A DNA stretch of 63,677 bases, filler included, from Asterionella formosa (GCA_002256025.1; 21 parts of 21 records of this genome joined end to end with filler, not necessarily neighbours in it); one strand, 5' to 3'. Positions 34,261 to 47,484 are shown, counted from the whole stretch's first letter. Translations and numbers: made by a program. The notes: generated from the sequence alone by a model not told the origin.

Positions 34261-35107
34261 AGGATAAAAGGAGGTTCTTGGTTATTATGAGTTTTTACAA
34301 TTAGTGCATCTATATTAACTCATAGTTAAAGGGAGCGATTCACAAAGACCTGAATGCAAAGGTCATTAGATGTCATAACATTGGTATGGATAAACTAGAG
34401 GTGCATAAATACCAATAGTTATCACATTGCATATAGTTGTGGGTACATAACAATGTAACATGTACTACAAGCTACAAACTACAAACTAGTAACTGTGTAT
34501 TTAGCATCACCTACTAATCATCATCAATCCCGTGTACATGTATGTACTACATATGGGTACCATGGTACCAGGTAGTAGTCTTGTGCGAAATGAAAAAGAG
34601 TACATCTTTCACTTATGGTACCAGGTAGTCATTGCTTGGATATGCAATGTGCACTCATTGGTGGTTAGTACTAGTAAAATGTTCTAGTAGACGCTCTGTG
34701 CTTGCCCTTGACCCTGACGGAATCTAGCTCACCAGTAAAGCCCCCAATTTTTTGGATTGGGGGAATGAGTTTCACCCTAAAATATTTCCTTACAAATCGA
34801 ATTTCAGCATAATAGTATTCAAAACGATCATGCCACAGATGGAAGATAACTGCTGTCTGAGCTGGCCAGCATAGTATTTATNNNNNNNNNNNNNNNNNNN
34901 NNNNNNNNNNNNNNNNNNNNNNNNNTTAATTAATTAANNNNNNNNNNNNNNNNNNNNNNNNNNNNNNNNNNNNNNNNNNNNAATGCATTTCTCCACCGGT
35001 ATGAATGTACAGAAGTGCACTGTTCTGGAAAATATCGGTATGCATCATACATAGGAGAACGACGTAGTACATACATCTTGCATCCCTGTATGCATTCCGG
35101 TATCAAC

Positions 35108-35274
35108 TGTTAATATCTGCATATGATGCTCCATACATGCGCCGTACGAACCATACCGGCGCAGCCACCAGATTAGGTACATGCGTGAGTGCTGACAACG
35201 ATGTACTTGGAACAGCAATAGAATAGTCATAATATTGTAGTTCACCTTTATTCACGATAAGGTTCCCCTCAACA
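35108..35274 (+). repeat. 167-bp 5' LTR of copia family B
   Basis: Same sequence as 7759-7925; followed by a leader and gag. Confidence 0.93.
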
Positions 35275-35421
35275 GAACTACAATATCTGTTCTTTCTCTC
35301 TTGTCCGCACCTGCGAAGTTGCGGGTCTTGTTGACAGTGCAAACCAGCACTGGTCTCAACAATCAACCGTCCAGCACCGCTTGCCCGTTCGCTGTCCCTG
35401 TCTCTCAGGCCTTCTTCCACC

Positions 35422-36510
35422 ATGACGACTCCAATCGTTTCCGCTGTTTTCCCCTTCCCTCATCCGCTCTTGACGCCGATCGAGGGCAAACCTACAGCCT
35501 TCACTGTAACCCGCCTTCGCAAGGAACTCTTTGCCAACGCTCGCTCTGTCCACTGTACCAGTGGTGGTGGTGCCAATGGTTTCCTTGGTATTGTCATGGC
35601 TGCTGCTCCTTATCTCTTACGTGCCGGTGAACCCTTTGTACCGCCCGAACATCCCGGCATCCAGCCGACACACAGTGCTACTGCAACACAGTCCCAAATC
35701 ACTGCTGCCAACCGTCTCTTTGACACCTCCCTTGACGCATTCCGCCGTTACTCCCAAATCCGTGAAATTCTCCGACAACAAATTCTAACAGCCATTGACC
35801 CAACCTACTACAACGTTCTGGAAGATGCTACATTTGGATATGCAGACATCACTGTTCTGACCTTACTTGCTCACTTAGAATCTACATATGCAACATTGAG
35901 TGCGGATGATTTGGAACTCAATCGCATGCGCTTGGCCGATGCTTGGACACCAGAGGAACCTATTGAGCATTTATGGATCCGCATCAAACATCTTCGTGCC
36001 ATTGCTGATGCTGGTGGAGAACCTTTCTCTGACAGTACTGTCATGCGATTGACTCTTTCTGCTTTAGAACAGGCTGGTGTATATTCGCATAGCATTCAAA
36101 CTTGGCGTGATCGCGCTGAGCTGGACCGTACATGGGTTAATTTTTGCCCACATTTCATGCATGCTGATAAGGAACGATTGCGCCTTGCCACCGCCACCAC
36201 TGCCGGTTATCATGGTGCCCATGCTGCCATTCAAACCAGTGGCCCTCCCCCATTGCCAGCTATTGCTGCCGCTGCTCGTGCTGTCCCTTCTGGATACACT
36301 TACAACAATGTCCAATTAGGCTATTGTTGGACTCATGGTCTTACCAAAAACCCTGACCATACCAGTGCAACTTGCAATCATCCAGCTTCTGGCCATCAAC
36401 TCAATGCCACCCTTGATCGACGTCTGGGTGGCAGCGTCCGTCTGTTCAGTGATGGTCCCCGTCCTACCCGGCCACCCCGTGTTTCACCGCCACCTTCACC
36501 ACTTGCTTGA
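35422..36510 (+). CDS. Copia family B Gag
   Basis: Intact 362-aa ORF 148 bp downstream of the LTR; GGGANGFLG, DATFGYA, and YCWTHG...HTSATC Zn-knuckle-like motif typical of CoDi-like gags. Confidence 0.88.
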   Translation: MTTPIVSAVFPFPHPLLTPIEGKPTAFTVTRLRKELFANARSVHCTSGGGANGFLGIVMAAAPYLLRAGEPFVPPEHPGIQPTHSATATQSQITAANRLFDTSLDAFRRYSQIREILRQQILTAIDPTYYNVLEDATFGYADITVLTLLAHLESTYATLSADDLELNRMRLADAWTPEEPIEHLWIRIKHLRAIADAGGEPFSDSTVMRLTLSALEQAGVYSHSIQTWRDRAELDRTWVNFCPHFMHADKERLRLATATTAGYHGAHAAIQTSGPPPLPAIAAAARAVPSGYTYNNVQLGYCWTHGLTKNPDHTSATCNHPASGHQLNATLDRRLGGSVRLFSDGPRPTRPPRVSPPPSPLA

Positions 36511-36682
36511 TGTGGAGGGGAGCAAGTTGCTGCCGATAATACTATTAACACAAAGTTATCTCCCATCACTTGTCCCCCCGTCACACTCATTGCTGATTCT
36601 GGTAGTTCTGGCAATTACGCCACTGTTGATTTACCTGTCATCAACAAACGACCTACCACCAACCCTATCACCATTCAACTTC
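36511..36682 (+). CDS. Start of pol (aspartic protease), in frame after the gag UGA
   Basis: CGGEQVAA...TLIADSGSSGNY...NPITIQL in the same frame as gag, with no ATG before the DSG motif. Confidence 0.8.
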
Positions 36683-37920
36683 NNNNNNNNNNNNNNNNNN
36701 NNNNNNNNNNNNNNNNNNNNNNNNNNTTAATTAATTAANNNNNNNNNNNNNNNNNNNNNNNNNNNNNNNNNNNNNNNNNNNNTTAACTACATTGCATTAG
36801 CTACTCTTAGTGGTCACCACTGTCAAATATTTTACATGGTTTCATGTATGTATAACATGTGTACCAGTATTTATACTAAATTTTTATATGGATGGTGTCT
36901 TTTGCTATTAATTTTGGTGTCCGATGACGTCATGAAACCTATCCCTATCCCCAAATTTGAGCGGATTAGGGTTAGGGTTTCACAATATCTCCACAACCGG
37001 TTTTATTACATCACTAAGCGTGCTCCACAAAAACCGAAAAGTACGTGGAGATATTAAGAGGTTTACAGTATATTTTACCAATGGTGGCCGCCCTTCAACC
37101 TGTGCTTGCAGGCCAGCCAGACGCCCAGTCACGATAACACGTCAGGCGTGACTGGAAGAGAACCTGAATTTGGTGTTTGCATCCGTGTATGTATACGTAT
37201 CACACCCCTTTAACGGGGTACAGGTACCAGGACCAGGTATTTACGATACCCGTATGGTAGTTGCTTATCATCATATGTATTCAAAAGAACATTCGCTCGT
37301 TCAAATTTTATTGGGTTCCTTTACAGAGTTTACCTGTAGCTACCTGGTCAACTGTTTTTTTCTTCTCAATGACCCATCGACTACCAGGTACCGGGATTTC
37401 TGATACTACCCACTAGGTGCAAAGTACTTCCTGGCACCATCACTACCAGCAACGACAGTTCAATCCGTGCTCGCGGAGTATACCGTTAGATGCTTACCGG
37501 CAGATTTCATCAGTCCTTACCGAGACATACTACCAGGTACCAGGTAGGTACCGGTACCTGGTACCCAAGTAACAGTAGACTACCCGGAGTAATTCTGTGG
37601 CTGCATGGCATTTGCGAAATACAGTATTCTGCTGCAATTACAGATATTTAATTATGGACCACGGCAACTACCGGTACATAGCATAAAATATTCTTACCAC
37701 GTGCGTCGTGTGCATACCGGTATTTATACATAAATGGATGTAAATACCGGTTTCTCTCTACAAGCAAATATTGACCCTTTGGATCATGCACTGTGTACCG
37801 ATAAGCACTAGCGGGCACTCCATCATACCGGTATGTACCGGTATTTGAAAATATTTTGTATATTGAAGCAAACACCAGCCAAGCAAGAATGATGCCGGTA
37901 CAAGGAGACAGGTGAACCTG

Positions 37921-37985
37921 CAAGTTGCGGTCATTTGGCTTACCGGTAAATAAAGTTTTAGTTTCAGCACAATTACCGCAACTTG
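37921..37985. mobile_element. 65-bp deleted copy of the CAAGTTGCGGT MITE, CTG target duplication
   Basis: ctg|CAAGTTGCGGTCATTT...AATTACCGCAACTTG|ctg. Confidence 0.85.
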
Positions 37986-38583
37986 CTGGTTACCAGTGTG
38001 GTACCTGGTACAAGGTATCATGTACCAACAACCGGCACTCCCTCCCAGTTGCCTGGTACCTGGTACCAGGTACCAGGTACCTGGTAAATACCCGAGGGAG
38101 AATCGGTAGTCCGTACTTACGTATAACCCAACAAGCGTACCAGTATAAGTCCCGTCTACCGTTACGAGGAAGGATGATGATGTGTTGGGTTTAGTATGTA
38201 CTGTACTCGAACAACAAGGTTTCCTCATAAATATCATACTCTGTTCCTGACTCGATGCATAAAATTGGCATTTAGGCGACCACGCATTACATCAGCCAGG
38301 CCAGTCTCGTCATCGAGCCCTCCGCGAACCAAACAAGCGTGTCCTGTAGTCTACCGGTAGTCACCTCAATCGCAGCTTAAGAGAGTTTACAAGACAGCAG
38401 ATTGTAATTATCTTCATCATTGCTTAATTTTAATAGTTCGCCATAAAATTGGCCATCATGGAAGAGTCATTGCCAGAACAGTCNNNNNNNNNNNNNNNNN
38501 NNNNNNNNNNNNNNNNNNNNNNNNNNNTTAATTAATTAANNNNNNNNNNNNNNNNNNNNNNNNNNNNNNNNNNNNNNNNNNNN

Positions 38584-40072
38584 TCGTTTTGCAACCATGA
38601 AAGCCGAAATTGAAGGAACAACGAGGAAGGTCTCGGTCACTCTGGTGAAGGAAGAGTTTAGATATTTTGTTGAACAACTGGTCAAACAGTTTTCGATTGG
38701 AATTACCCTTCACTGTTTTGGGGCGCCCGATCATATAAGAATATAGCTCCATGAGGTGATCCATTATTCCTTCTTGAATGGAATGGAGTTTTTCAGGAGG
38801 AACGTGCCCATTAACACCAAGAGGATCGCCACCAAAACACAACTGATACCAAAGGGATAGATGAATCTTTGGCTCACATTATCCAATAAATCTTTTATGC
38901 CACGGATTAATAGTTCTTCGTAATCAATCTGACCTACAGGACTGCATTCATGAGATGGATTGTCCGTTTGATCAAACGGACAATCACATTCACGACACAT
39001 TCTGGCAGTCTTTAGATATGTTTTCTTTCGTCCGCATTGTCCATCTAAACCCTCAGCATCACCGAGAATTAGACCAACCGGAACTTTCACATTAAGTGTA
39101 AATTGATTGCCTCCGAAATTGAAAATGTGTTTGAATCCACCAGCTTGTTGGACATTCTTGACCCCCTCAAGAAATATACCAAGTGACATTAGGACAGGCT
39201 CCATGGTGTACTTTCCTTTTTCAACCGTGTGTGTCATGTCAATAAAGAACATGAGTGGAACAAGGAAGTCCTTTGGCTGAGAACATAAATATTCATGGGC
39301 ATCTATCCACCAGGTACCAGTGTGAAATTCGGATCTGACACTGGTGGGTTGTGGAGCTTTACACGGATTGACGAAATCAAATGACACATTTTGTGGTGAC
39401 ATTAGTGTGTCGTCATTTGTCAAGAGATTCTTAACCTGAGCCATGAAATCAAAACATACAACATCAACCAGTTTTCCATCATGCAATATGGCCTGTTTCA
39501 CCTGGGGAGTTAATTCAGTCATGTTAAATCGGTTTTGAAATTCTTTCAGAACAAGATTCAAAAATGAATCCAGCTTCCTGAGCTGTGCTGCAGAAACTCA
39601 TGATTTGATCATACATATAAAGAGGAGAACGGGTGCCGAGCAAAAGAGTAAGCAGTCGAGACTTCATAACATCGCCAACTGAGAATGGTATACCAGGATT
39701 GGCGGAGGAAAACCTAATCCCTGTGGTGCTCAGGACTGGAATAGTATTGGTTTCATCCTGTACCACTATTTCGCTTGTATTTTCTTCATCTTCTTTTTGA
39801 TCAATGTCATATATATTGGTATGATCGCCAAAATGTAGTGTTTGAAAATGTCAAATTTTGGCCCTTTTCTTTAATGACGACGAAAAGTCATCAGCAGGTG
39901 ATGGTGGAGATTGATGAAGTCCATCATATTCTTCCTGACCGTCGTCTGGACCAGTTTCTGGTTTACGAAACAACTCAGCAGCTGTTTCGCATTCGGGGCT
40001 ATGTGCGTAATGACGGTGATGGGAAACAAATGGAACCTTACCACATATCAAACAGCAATCGTCGTTGTTCAT
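38584..40072 (-). pseudogene. Plavaka-like transposase, N-terminal part, frameshifted
   Basis: N-terminal CxxC..HxxxxxxC finger, EFHTGTWW, LMFFIDMTH, MEPVLMSLG, LILGDAEGLD, CRECDCP, HQSDRDLPR spread over four overlapping ORFs. Confidence 0.75.
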
Positions 40073-41749
40073 GGTGATAAAACACGATTAAATAGCGATT
40101 ATGTACCGATATTTGTTTAATAGAAAGAGACAACGGCCAATATAGATATTTGATTTATCATTTGTAAAACCACAAAATAAATTATCTCATTCAATTCGAT
40201 TTAACACAGCTATACATCCAATGCTACTTTCACTAAGGCCAGCCACTTGCTAGAGATATGACTGTTTACTGTTTGAAGTATCTNNNNNNNNNNNNNNNNN
40301 NNNNNNNNNNNNNNNNNNNNNNNNNNNTTAATTAATTAANNNNNNNNNNNNNNNNNNNNNNNNNNNNNNNNNNNNNNNNNNNNCGAGAAAGAAGTCTCGA
40401 AGGGAGAAAGGAAAGAGAGAAGAGGAGAGTAACGCAATTGTTGCGAAAAAGTGCAATTATTAGAGAAATATAGAGTCACGTGAGGATGGCTGGCAGTTTT
40501 TCTGTTCCAAAAAACAGGCAGGAAGCCAGTAGTAGCTAGTTGCAATGTTTTTGTGTCCGAATCCTACCTGGATCTAGTACCTACAAAGGGCAACATTCAG
40601 TTCAAGTTTCATCCTTACATGTTTATGAAGATTCATTCGTTTTAGCAGCAAATTCAGCATGACGTTTGTTTTTAGCTAAAATGGATCCCTCTGTTGTTGC
40701 GAAAGTTGTTAGTTATATTTTCAAAAACAAAGAAATTTTGCTGTGAACAGGTACGTGATGTATTGCTATACATCAGACTTACTATGGATGTTTCTTACTG
40801 AAAAGATGGCACTTAAACCCATTATCGCATTTCCCAAAATGGCTATAAAACACCCAGTGCGCCATATCTCAAAGTTTCAACTCTGTAGGCTTATCGGATG
40901 TGAATGCAGATTGGTTTGCTAACCGATGTATCTCCCGGTTATTTCAACTAAAACCGCAGATAAGCAAAGAAGCAGAGAGTGATCCCAAACTTTCAAACTA
41001 TAGATGGAATGGAAGTGATCCACAACTTCCGGATGATTACAGAATGGAACATACAAACAAACCACGTTTAGAATATATCAACTCTACATTTGGAAGTATG
41101 TGCATTAATAAAATGCGAGAACGACAAAATAAATTCAACAACATCTACTAAGGCGCGTATTACGTGAAGTGACCATCACGTAAAAAAGCCTAGTTGATTT
41201 TGAATGGATCACATGAATTAGTTGAATACATCAAAATGCTTTCTTGAATATATCTATATATTATCTGAATACATCACGTTCATTATTTGATCAGAGTATC
41301 ATGCATGCATTCCTGATCATCACTATATTACGTGATCACCTTCACATAATTATTTGAAATACTTCACATAATTATTTGAAATACTTCAATTTTTCTGTAA
41401 TTCAGTTCACATTGCCTTATATTTTTGTTCACGTAATTCTATAATATAGTTCACGTAATTTATTAAATTTTTTTACGTAATTTAAAAGTACTATCAAATA
41501 ATGTTGATTACTAATTCAACAACCGGTATTTCACATTCCATGGGAAACAAATCTCGATATGCAATCAAACAAAGCTGTTCTATCAGACACCCAGATGCCC
41601 AGTCTCATAACAGTCTCAACAAGAATGGGAGCAGCTATTATATACAACAGGGGAAGCTTTAGCTCTGGAAAAATGCTTTTATTTGGCTTTCAATTGGAAT
41701 TTTGTTAATGATCAATGCATACGTGCTCAAGACCAATGACAAACTGATA

Positions 41750-42084
41750 GGAGTCCAATTAGAATTACTAATGTTCATGTCCTCTCAAGTTCCAGTGGTC
41801 CCATTGATGAAGGATAACAACATACTAAACATCAAGATTCAAACCTCTTTATGTATCATTACAAGCCAGGTCGACATTTGGAGTCTTACAGCAAAGATAT
41901 GATCAATTGACGCTCAGGGGAAGCTTGTTTATTGATTTCCTCAGTAAATCCTGTGACATGGCTAAAGCGTATGTCTTCAGTCCAGCAGATTCCTTGCTTG
42001 TTCACCTACTGCTACAAAAGATGACTCACAGATATCCTCTTGTCTGACTGGATGAGCGTTGCAATACACCTAGATACTCAGTCC
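41750..42084 (+). repeat. Dispersed repeat, reverse-complement copy at ~44367-44698 (unclassified TE remnant)
   Basis: About 330 bp of high identity, e.g. TGTCCTCTCAAGTTCCAGTGGTCCCATTGATGAAGGATAACAACATACTAAACATC in both. Confidence 0.85.
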
Positions 42085-43353
42085 NNNNNNNNNNNNNNNN
42101 NNNNNNNNNNNNNNNNNNNNNNNNNNNNTTAATTAATTAANNNNNNNNNNNNNNNNNNNNNNNNNNNNNNNNNNNNNNNNNNNNCAGCTCCTACTTTGAA
42201 CGTCATTTGGGTGGGTTTTCGTTTAGGAGGTGGTCCTGGAGGAGGAGGTGGTGGCGGCAAGGCAGCCCATTCTGCTGGAGGAGACATGTCGACACGTGTT
42301 CTTGTCGGAGAGTCTTAAGAGTCCTTTTTCGATGAATGAATTCAATTGGGAGGAACAGGTATCTTCTTCGAATGAATTCTGGGAGGCTAAGTCGACTCTT
42401 TTGAGAATTTCATGTGTGTACGAGGAATGAAACGCTGTCAGTGACAATGACGACGACGAAGAACAGAATTTAAGTTTGCATCTCTGCCCACCTGCGATGA
42501 AATTATCGCATGTAATCGCTCAAAATAACAGGCCCGAAAAGGTGGGTCTTTTATAGAGAGCAAATAGTCCGCGACTTCGCCAAAATTGTTGATATTTGCA
42601 GCCAGCCGCGCCATTGTACGATTGACAAATGCTTCCTCAGTGCTATATATATATATTGATTAAAAAAATGCTGAAAAACAAAAAGCCCACTAACTGGGTA
42701 ACGTTAAATAATATGTATGTAGAAGTAATCTGGAGCTCGTACCTCGTAATACACAGAAAAAGATAAACTCTTTGTTCCACATGCAGCCTCCCGTTGTCGC
42801 CGGGATGTTTTAGTCTGTTCTTTTCTTTATTAGGTAAAGCCTCGACTTCGAGTTTCATAGAAATTTCCAACAGACGCCTGGTGCTCGGATGAAAACGTTG
42901 TAGACTTCTGCTCTTCAGTATTTACCGGTACTGCACACTACCAGGTACTTACAAAATAGTGACCACGTTTAACAAACGCTTTGTACAGGTAATGCAGTTT
43001 GTAAGAATAATATTTGCTCTTCCTTGCGCGCTCAAGAAAACTGCCCCAGAATGATGCATCGGTCCAGCTCTTTCGCAGGCCGCTCGTTGTGTCAAATTTC
43101 TCTACATAAGTGCCTCCAAATACTGTACAGACTACCGGTATACATATTTGTAAAAATGTCCTCTGTGTTGTCTGCTTCTCTTCCTCAGACACCAGTCTTT
43201 TTTTCGATATCAACAGCCTAACAAACACATTTGGCCATTATCGGTACCATTGCTAGGCCCCCTATGAAAAAGCGGCATCTGCAAGAATGACTTCAGGTCA
43301 AATACAGTATGCACAGATGACATGGTACCAGGTACCTGGTACATGGTAACATG

Positions 43354-43620
43354 CAAGTTGCGGTAATTTTGCTTACTGTGCTATGTACGTCGTCATCCCA
43401 GCAATATGGTGATTCCACTTGCAAGTTGACACTTGTGCATATCTTTGACAGCTGTTCGATTAATCAACCGGCCGGCTTGTTGTTCCAAATTATATTTAGA
43501 TTAATCTTATTTTAAGCCTAAAATATTGAGACCAATCTGTTTTGCTTATTCTGCCATTTGCTTCCATTGATTTTGCTTATAGTAGGACCGTTTTGCTTAA
43601 AGTTGCAATTTTGCTTAATG
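43354..43620 (+). mobile_element. Terminus of a longer member of the CAAGTTGCGGT family with subterminal TTTGCTTA repeats
   Basis: Starts CAAGTTGCGGTAATTTTGCTTA; TTTTGCTTA recurs at about 43540, 43571, 43591 and 43610. Confidence 0.55.
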
Positions 43621-46336
43621 TGTGATGTCACCATTTTGACCCTTCACTGCCATCACACCCACCTACTACCAGTACCTGTCGTAATATAATCATATTATAC
43701 CGGCAAACACAAGACAGGTAACAGTGATATAATAGAGTCAAACAAAATAGACATGCGGGTTATTCTACTATTAGCAATTGAATAGTCTTAGCTAAGGGAC
43801 CATAAAAGTGAAGTTATATGATGCTGTATGAAACCAATCAAGGCGAACGAGATAACAACAAGGGTAACAATGATGATGACAATGNNNNNNNNNNNNNNNN
43901 NNNNNNNNNNNNNNNNNNNNNNNNNNNNTTAATTAATTAANNNNNNNNNNNNNNNNNNNNNNNNNNNNNNNNNNNNNNNNNNNNCATGCTTGAGGATGTG
44001 CTTGAGTTGATCTTTGAATGATAGTGACTCTCGAAGTAAGTCAAAACCAAGCGAATCAATTTTTTTTGTTCTTTTCATTGTTCAACTCAAACACTTGTTG
44101 CCACGCATTGTCGATCAAGCAAAATGACAATCAACCTCAAATCTTCCTTGGCGGAAACCTCTTGATCTTCTGGATGAGTTATCATGAGTTTTAGGAGTAT
44201 CTTTAAGGTCTTGAGACAGGCAGCGAAGTCGATTATAAACATGTTGAAATGTTTTATTGAGTAATATCATGGCATCCAGCCACTGTTATTGACTCTCAGA
44301 GATATTATGAAGAGGGTAATCTTCCAGCCACATTACTGTGACTTTCTTGTTGAGACTGTTATGGTGGGACTGAGCATCTGAGTGTATTGCAACGCTCATC
44401 CAGTCAGACAAGACGATATCTGTGAGTCATCTTTTGTAGCAGTAGATGAACAAGCAAGGAATCTGCTGGACTGAAGATATATGTGTTAGCCATATCACAG
44501 GATTTACTGAAATCAATAAACAAGCTTCCCCTGAGCGTCAATTGATCATATCTTTTCTGTAAGACTCCAAATGTCGACCTGGCTTGTAAGGATACACAAA
44601 GAAGTTTGAATCTTGATGTTTAGTATGTTGTTATCCTTCATCAATGGGACCACTGGAACTTGAGAGGACATCAACAATATTAATTCTAATTGGACTCTTT
44701 TTGAATTCAAAGTGAAGTATCTTACTAGAAGTAGTAGTATTTGTTGAATATATGAGCTTATTTGTTAATCCTTGTGTGTAACTCGTTCTCCAAGTCGACA
44801 CCAAAGTATACAATGAGGGTTAGTCGAGTTCTCTCATTATTGAGTTCTTATACATATATGATATAACACTAACCCTATATACATCTGTATTGATGCGCAA
44901 GATCGCTCACCAGGTACCTGGTATGCTCTCTGCCTACACATCATATTTTATTTTAACAATCGCTCATGAATCAAACATGAGAAATTTCCCATTATTACCA
45001 TGATAACAAACCATGATAAAATGATTACCTGTATTAATTTCGATTTTGTACAACAACTGCTTAACACTTTTATCAGTTACTTTGATAGTATACATGTGTC
45101 CCTAGCAAGTAGTGAAAGAAACGAAAACGTAGCTTTGATATTCATCGCGAAATACTGGTAGCTAAAAATAGAAAATCGGCGGAAGCAAGGCAGCGCTCGA
45201 CTGACCGGTAGGGAAATGCATATAAACTACCGGTAGGAGATTTCTGGAATAAGGTATCTTGAAACTCAATATTGTGATTGGAGGGAAAAAAAACAATTCC
45301 AACCCCCTTCCCCCCCAATCATAGTAGCACTACCAGTATGCTGCTTGATAACTGCCTCAAGTGTAAGTGTAGCCCAGAAGATTGTCCAAAGATGATACTA
45401 TAAAGTATAAGAGTATTTGTTCGACTAGCTTACTGTTTGTTTTTGTGCACAACCAGGAAATTAAAAAGTCAAACTGTAGTACAGGTCAAAATTGTGGTTA
45501 TCAAAATTTCATGTTAATTTAGACAATATTTTCATTACAATAAACTATTTTTGATGCAACAGTTCTGAATGTTTAAGATTTCTTTATTGTCTTCTCATGA
45601 CAATGGTCCAGAATCTTGACCTCACTTTGTACCAGAACAACAACAAACTCATGACAAAAATAAATTCAATTCCTTGGATTACAANNNNNNNNNNNNNNNN
45701 NNNNNNNNNNNNNNNNNNNNNNNNNNNNTTAATTAATTAANNNNNNNNNNNNNNNNNNNNNNNNNNNNNNNNNNNNNNNNNNNNTTGTCAGCTGCTCATC
45801 CTCTGGTTCTTTTTCTATATTGTACTTGCTAGAGTTATCGCTGTAGACTATTTGTAGCTGCTCCGAGACGGAGAAGGCCATTGTGGCACATCTCAATTTC
45901 GATTCACTACGGAGACATGCAATGCTCAACGATGCTCAACAAGTACCAACGGTGCTTTATTTCCAATCTGGCAGGCTATTGTAATCTCTACAATCAACAA
46001 TGACTTAATTATGTGTCTACAACATCAACTACTACTACGTGTGCTGAATTCTACAGTGTGAATCGTCCTCTTGCATGTGTTATTCTTTGCCAGTTCAGAT
46101 CAAAGAAATATGTCGGAGCGGAAAAAATAATAAGTGAATCGGAATTGGCGACTCTTTCGTTCATTATATGGTGAAAGCAGCATAATATTGCGGCAGAGCA
46201 GCATAATTTCGCTTTTAAACTGTTGCGATGGCTAGTTGGTCAACATATATTGTCACGAACACACATAATTATTGGTGTGATCACATAATTATTCGATAAG
46301 TGAAATAAATTTTTGTTTAACCCGAATAAATTAGGG

Positions 46337-46415
46337 AAAAAGTAGCATAATATTTCAAAAAAGTAACATAATATTTTAGAAAAGTAACATAATATTTTAA
46401 AAAAGTAGCATAAAT
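46337..46415. repeat. 21-bp tandem repeat (AAAAGTAACATAATATTTTAA-like, ~3.5 units)
   Basis: Read directly from the sequence; resembles subterminal repeats of a TIR element. Confidence 0.8.
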
Positions 46416-46499
46416 ACGTCACTTTACACATAAATTCGAAAAAGTGCCGTAAACGGCGTCTTAGATGGGAGTGGAACCAGGCGACAAATACATGTGAAG

Positions 46500-47484
46500 T
46501 CTCAATGCACCATCGATGTACGTCATAACTTTCTTGGCTGAACCAGGAATTATAACAAACCATGCCCTCGAAAATTATTTGGATGTCTTTTATTTCCTGC
46601 ATTGACATTCCAACCTTATCCTTGCAAAGCTTGATTCCGGCGTCTGTAGCCATTACCAAACAAGCAACAAGCATTACTCCAACGGTTTCATTTCCTGTTA
46701 TCTTTGGAAAACATCCATGGAATCCACCATGAAAATTGCACCTTGGCATATCCCGATCGCTTTGATGTTGCATCATCTTTGACACTTTTATGAATAATGT
46801 ATCAAAAGCGGTTCTATTTTTCAACCCCTGAGCAGAGGTAACAGTGCCGAACTTTACCGAGAACAGAAGAATGAGATAACGCATCATTCCCTCATGTATT
46901 GAGTGCAACTTTTCAGGAGGGCAATGGCCATTGATTCCCAATGGATCTCCACCAAAATCCAGCGCATACCAGCAAGGTGTAATAAAACGTTGTGACACGG
47001 CATCCATTAGTGTTTTGTCGTTCATTCCTAATAGGGCAGCATAACCCACTTGCCCTACTGGAGAGCATTTGATTGATGGTTTATCTAATTTGTCGTATGA
47101 ACAATCACATTCCCGACAGAGACGAAAAGTTTTCAGGTAATATTTAATCCTCCCACACTGATTGTCCAATCCTTCCGCATCGCCAAGCACCAACCCGACC
47201 GGTACCTTTACAACCAGGCTATGCTGTTTGCCATGGAAATTGAAATTATACTTGAAGCCACCAGATTTCTGAGTCTCTTGAACTCCCGACAATATAATTG
47301 CCAAAATTGTGTGATAATCCTTGCACTTATCGTCGGCAGTCATATTTTTGTTCAATGCAAGACTCTGACCATCAAGTTTTGGTATTAGACCAAGGGGGCG
47401 CCAAGCAATGACTTTGTTCCTTACAGTTGTACGGAAAATCCCAAGAGAAAACAAAACTGGCTCCATGGTGAATTTAGAATTTTC
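46500..47484 (-). CDS. Plavaka-like transposase core, partial
   Basis: MEPVLFSLG, WRPLGLIP, YHTILAIIL, LVLGDAEGLD, CRECDC, LHSIHEG, QSDRDMPR. Homology ends near 46500, where the ORF runs into 21-bp tandem repeats. Confidence 0.8.

Noticed and set aside
7759..35274. Matching LTRs at 7759 and 35108 as ends of one element or a giant composite
   Set aside because: They lie on different contigs, in the wrong order, and the flanks (TCAAC vs CCAGG) are not a TSD; they are separate insertions.
37500..38100. CRISPR-like array from GGTACC repeats
   Set aside because: Units are 6-8 bp without regular spacers, there are no cas genes, and the context is eukaryotic.
44742..44958. Possible LTR bounded by TGTT...AACA
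   Set aside because: No second copy, PBS/PPT or recognisable gag in the window to support it.
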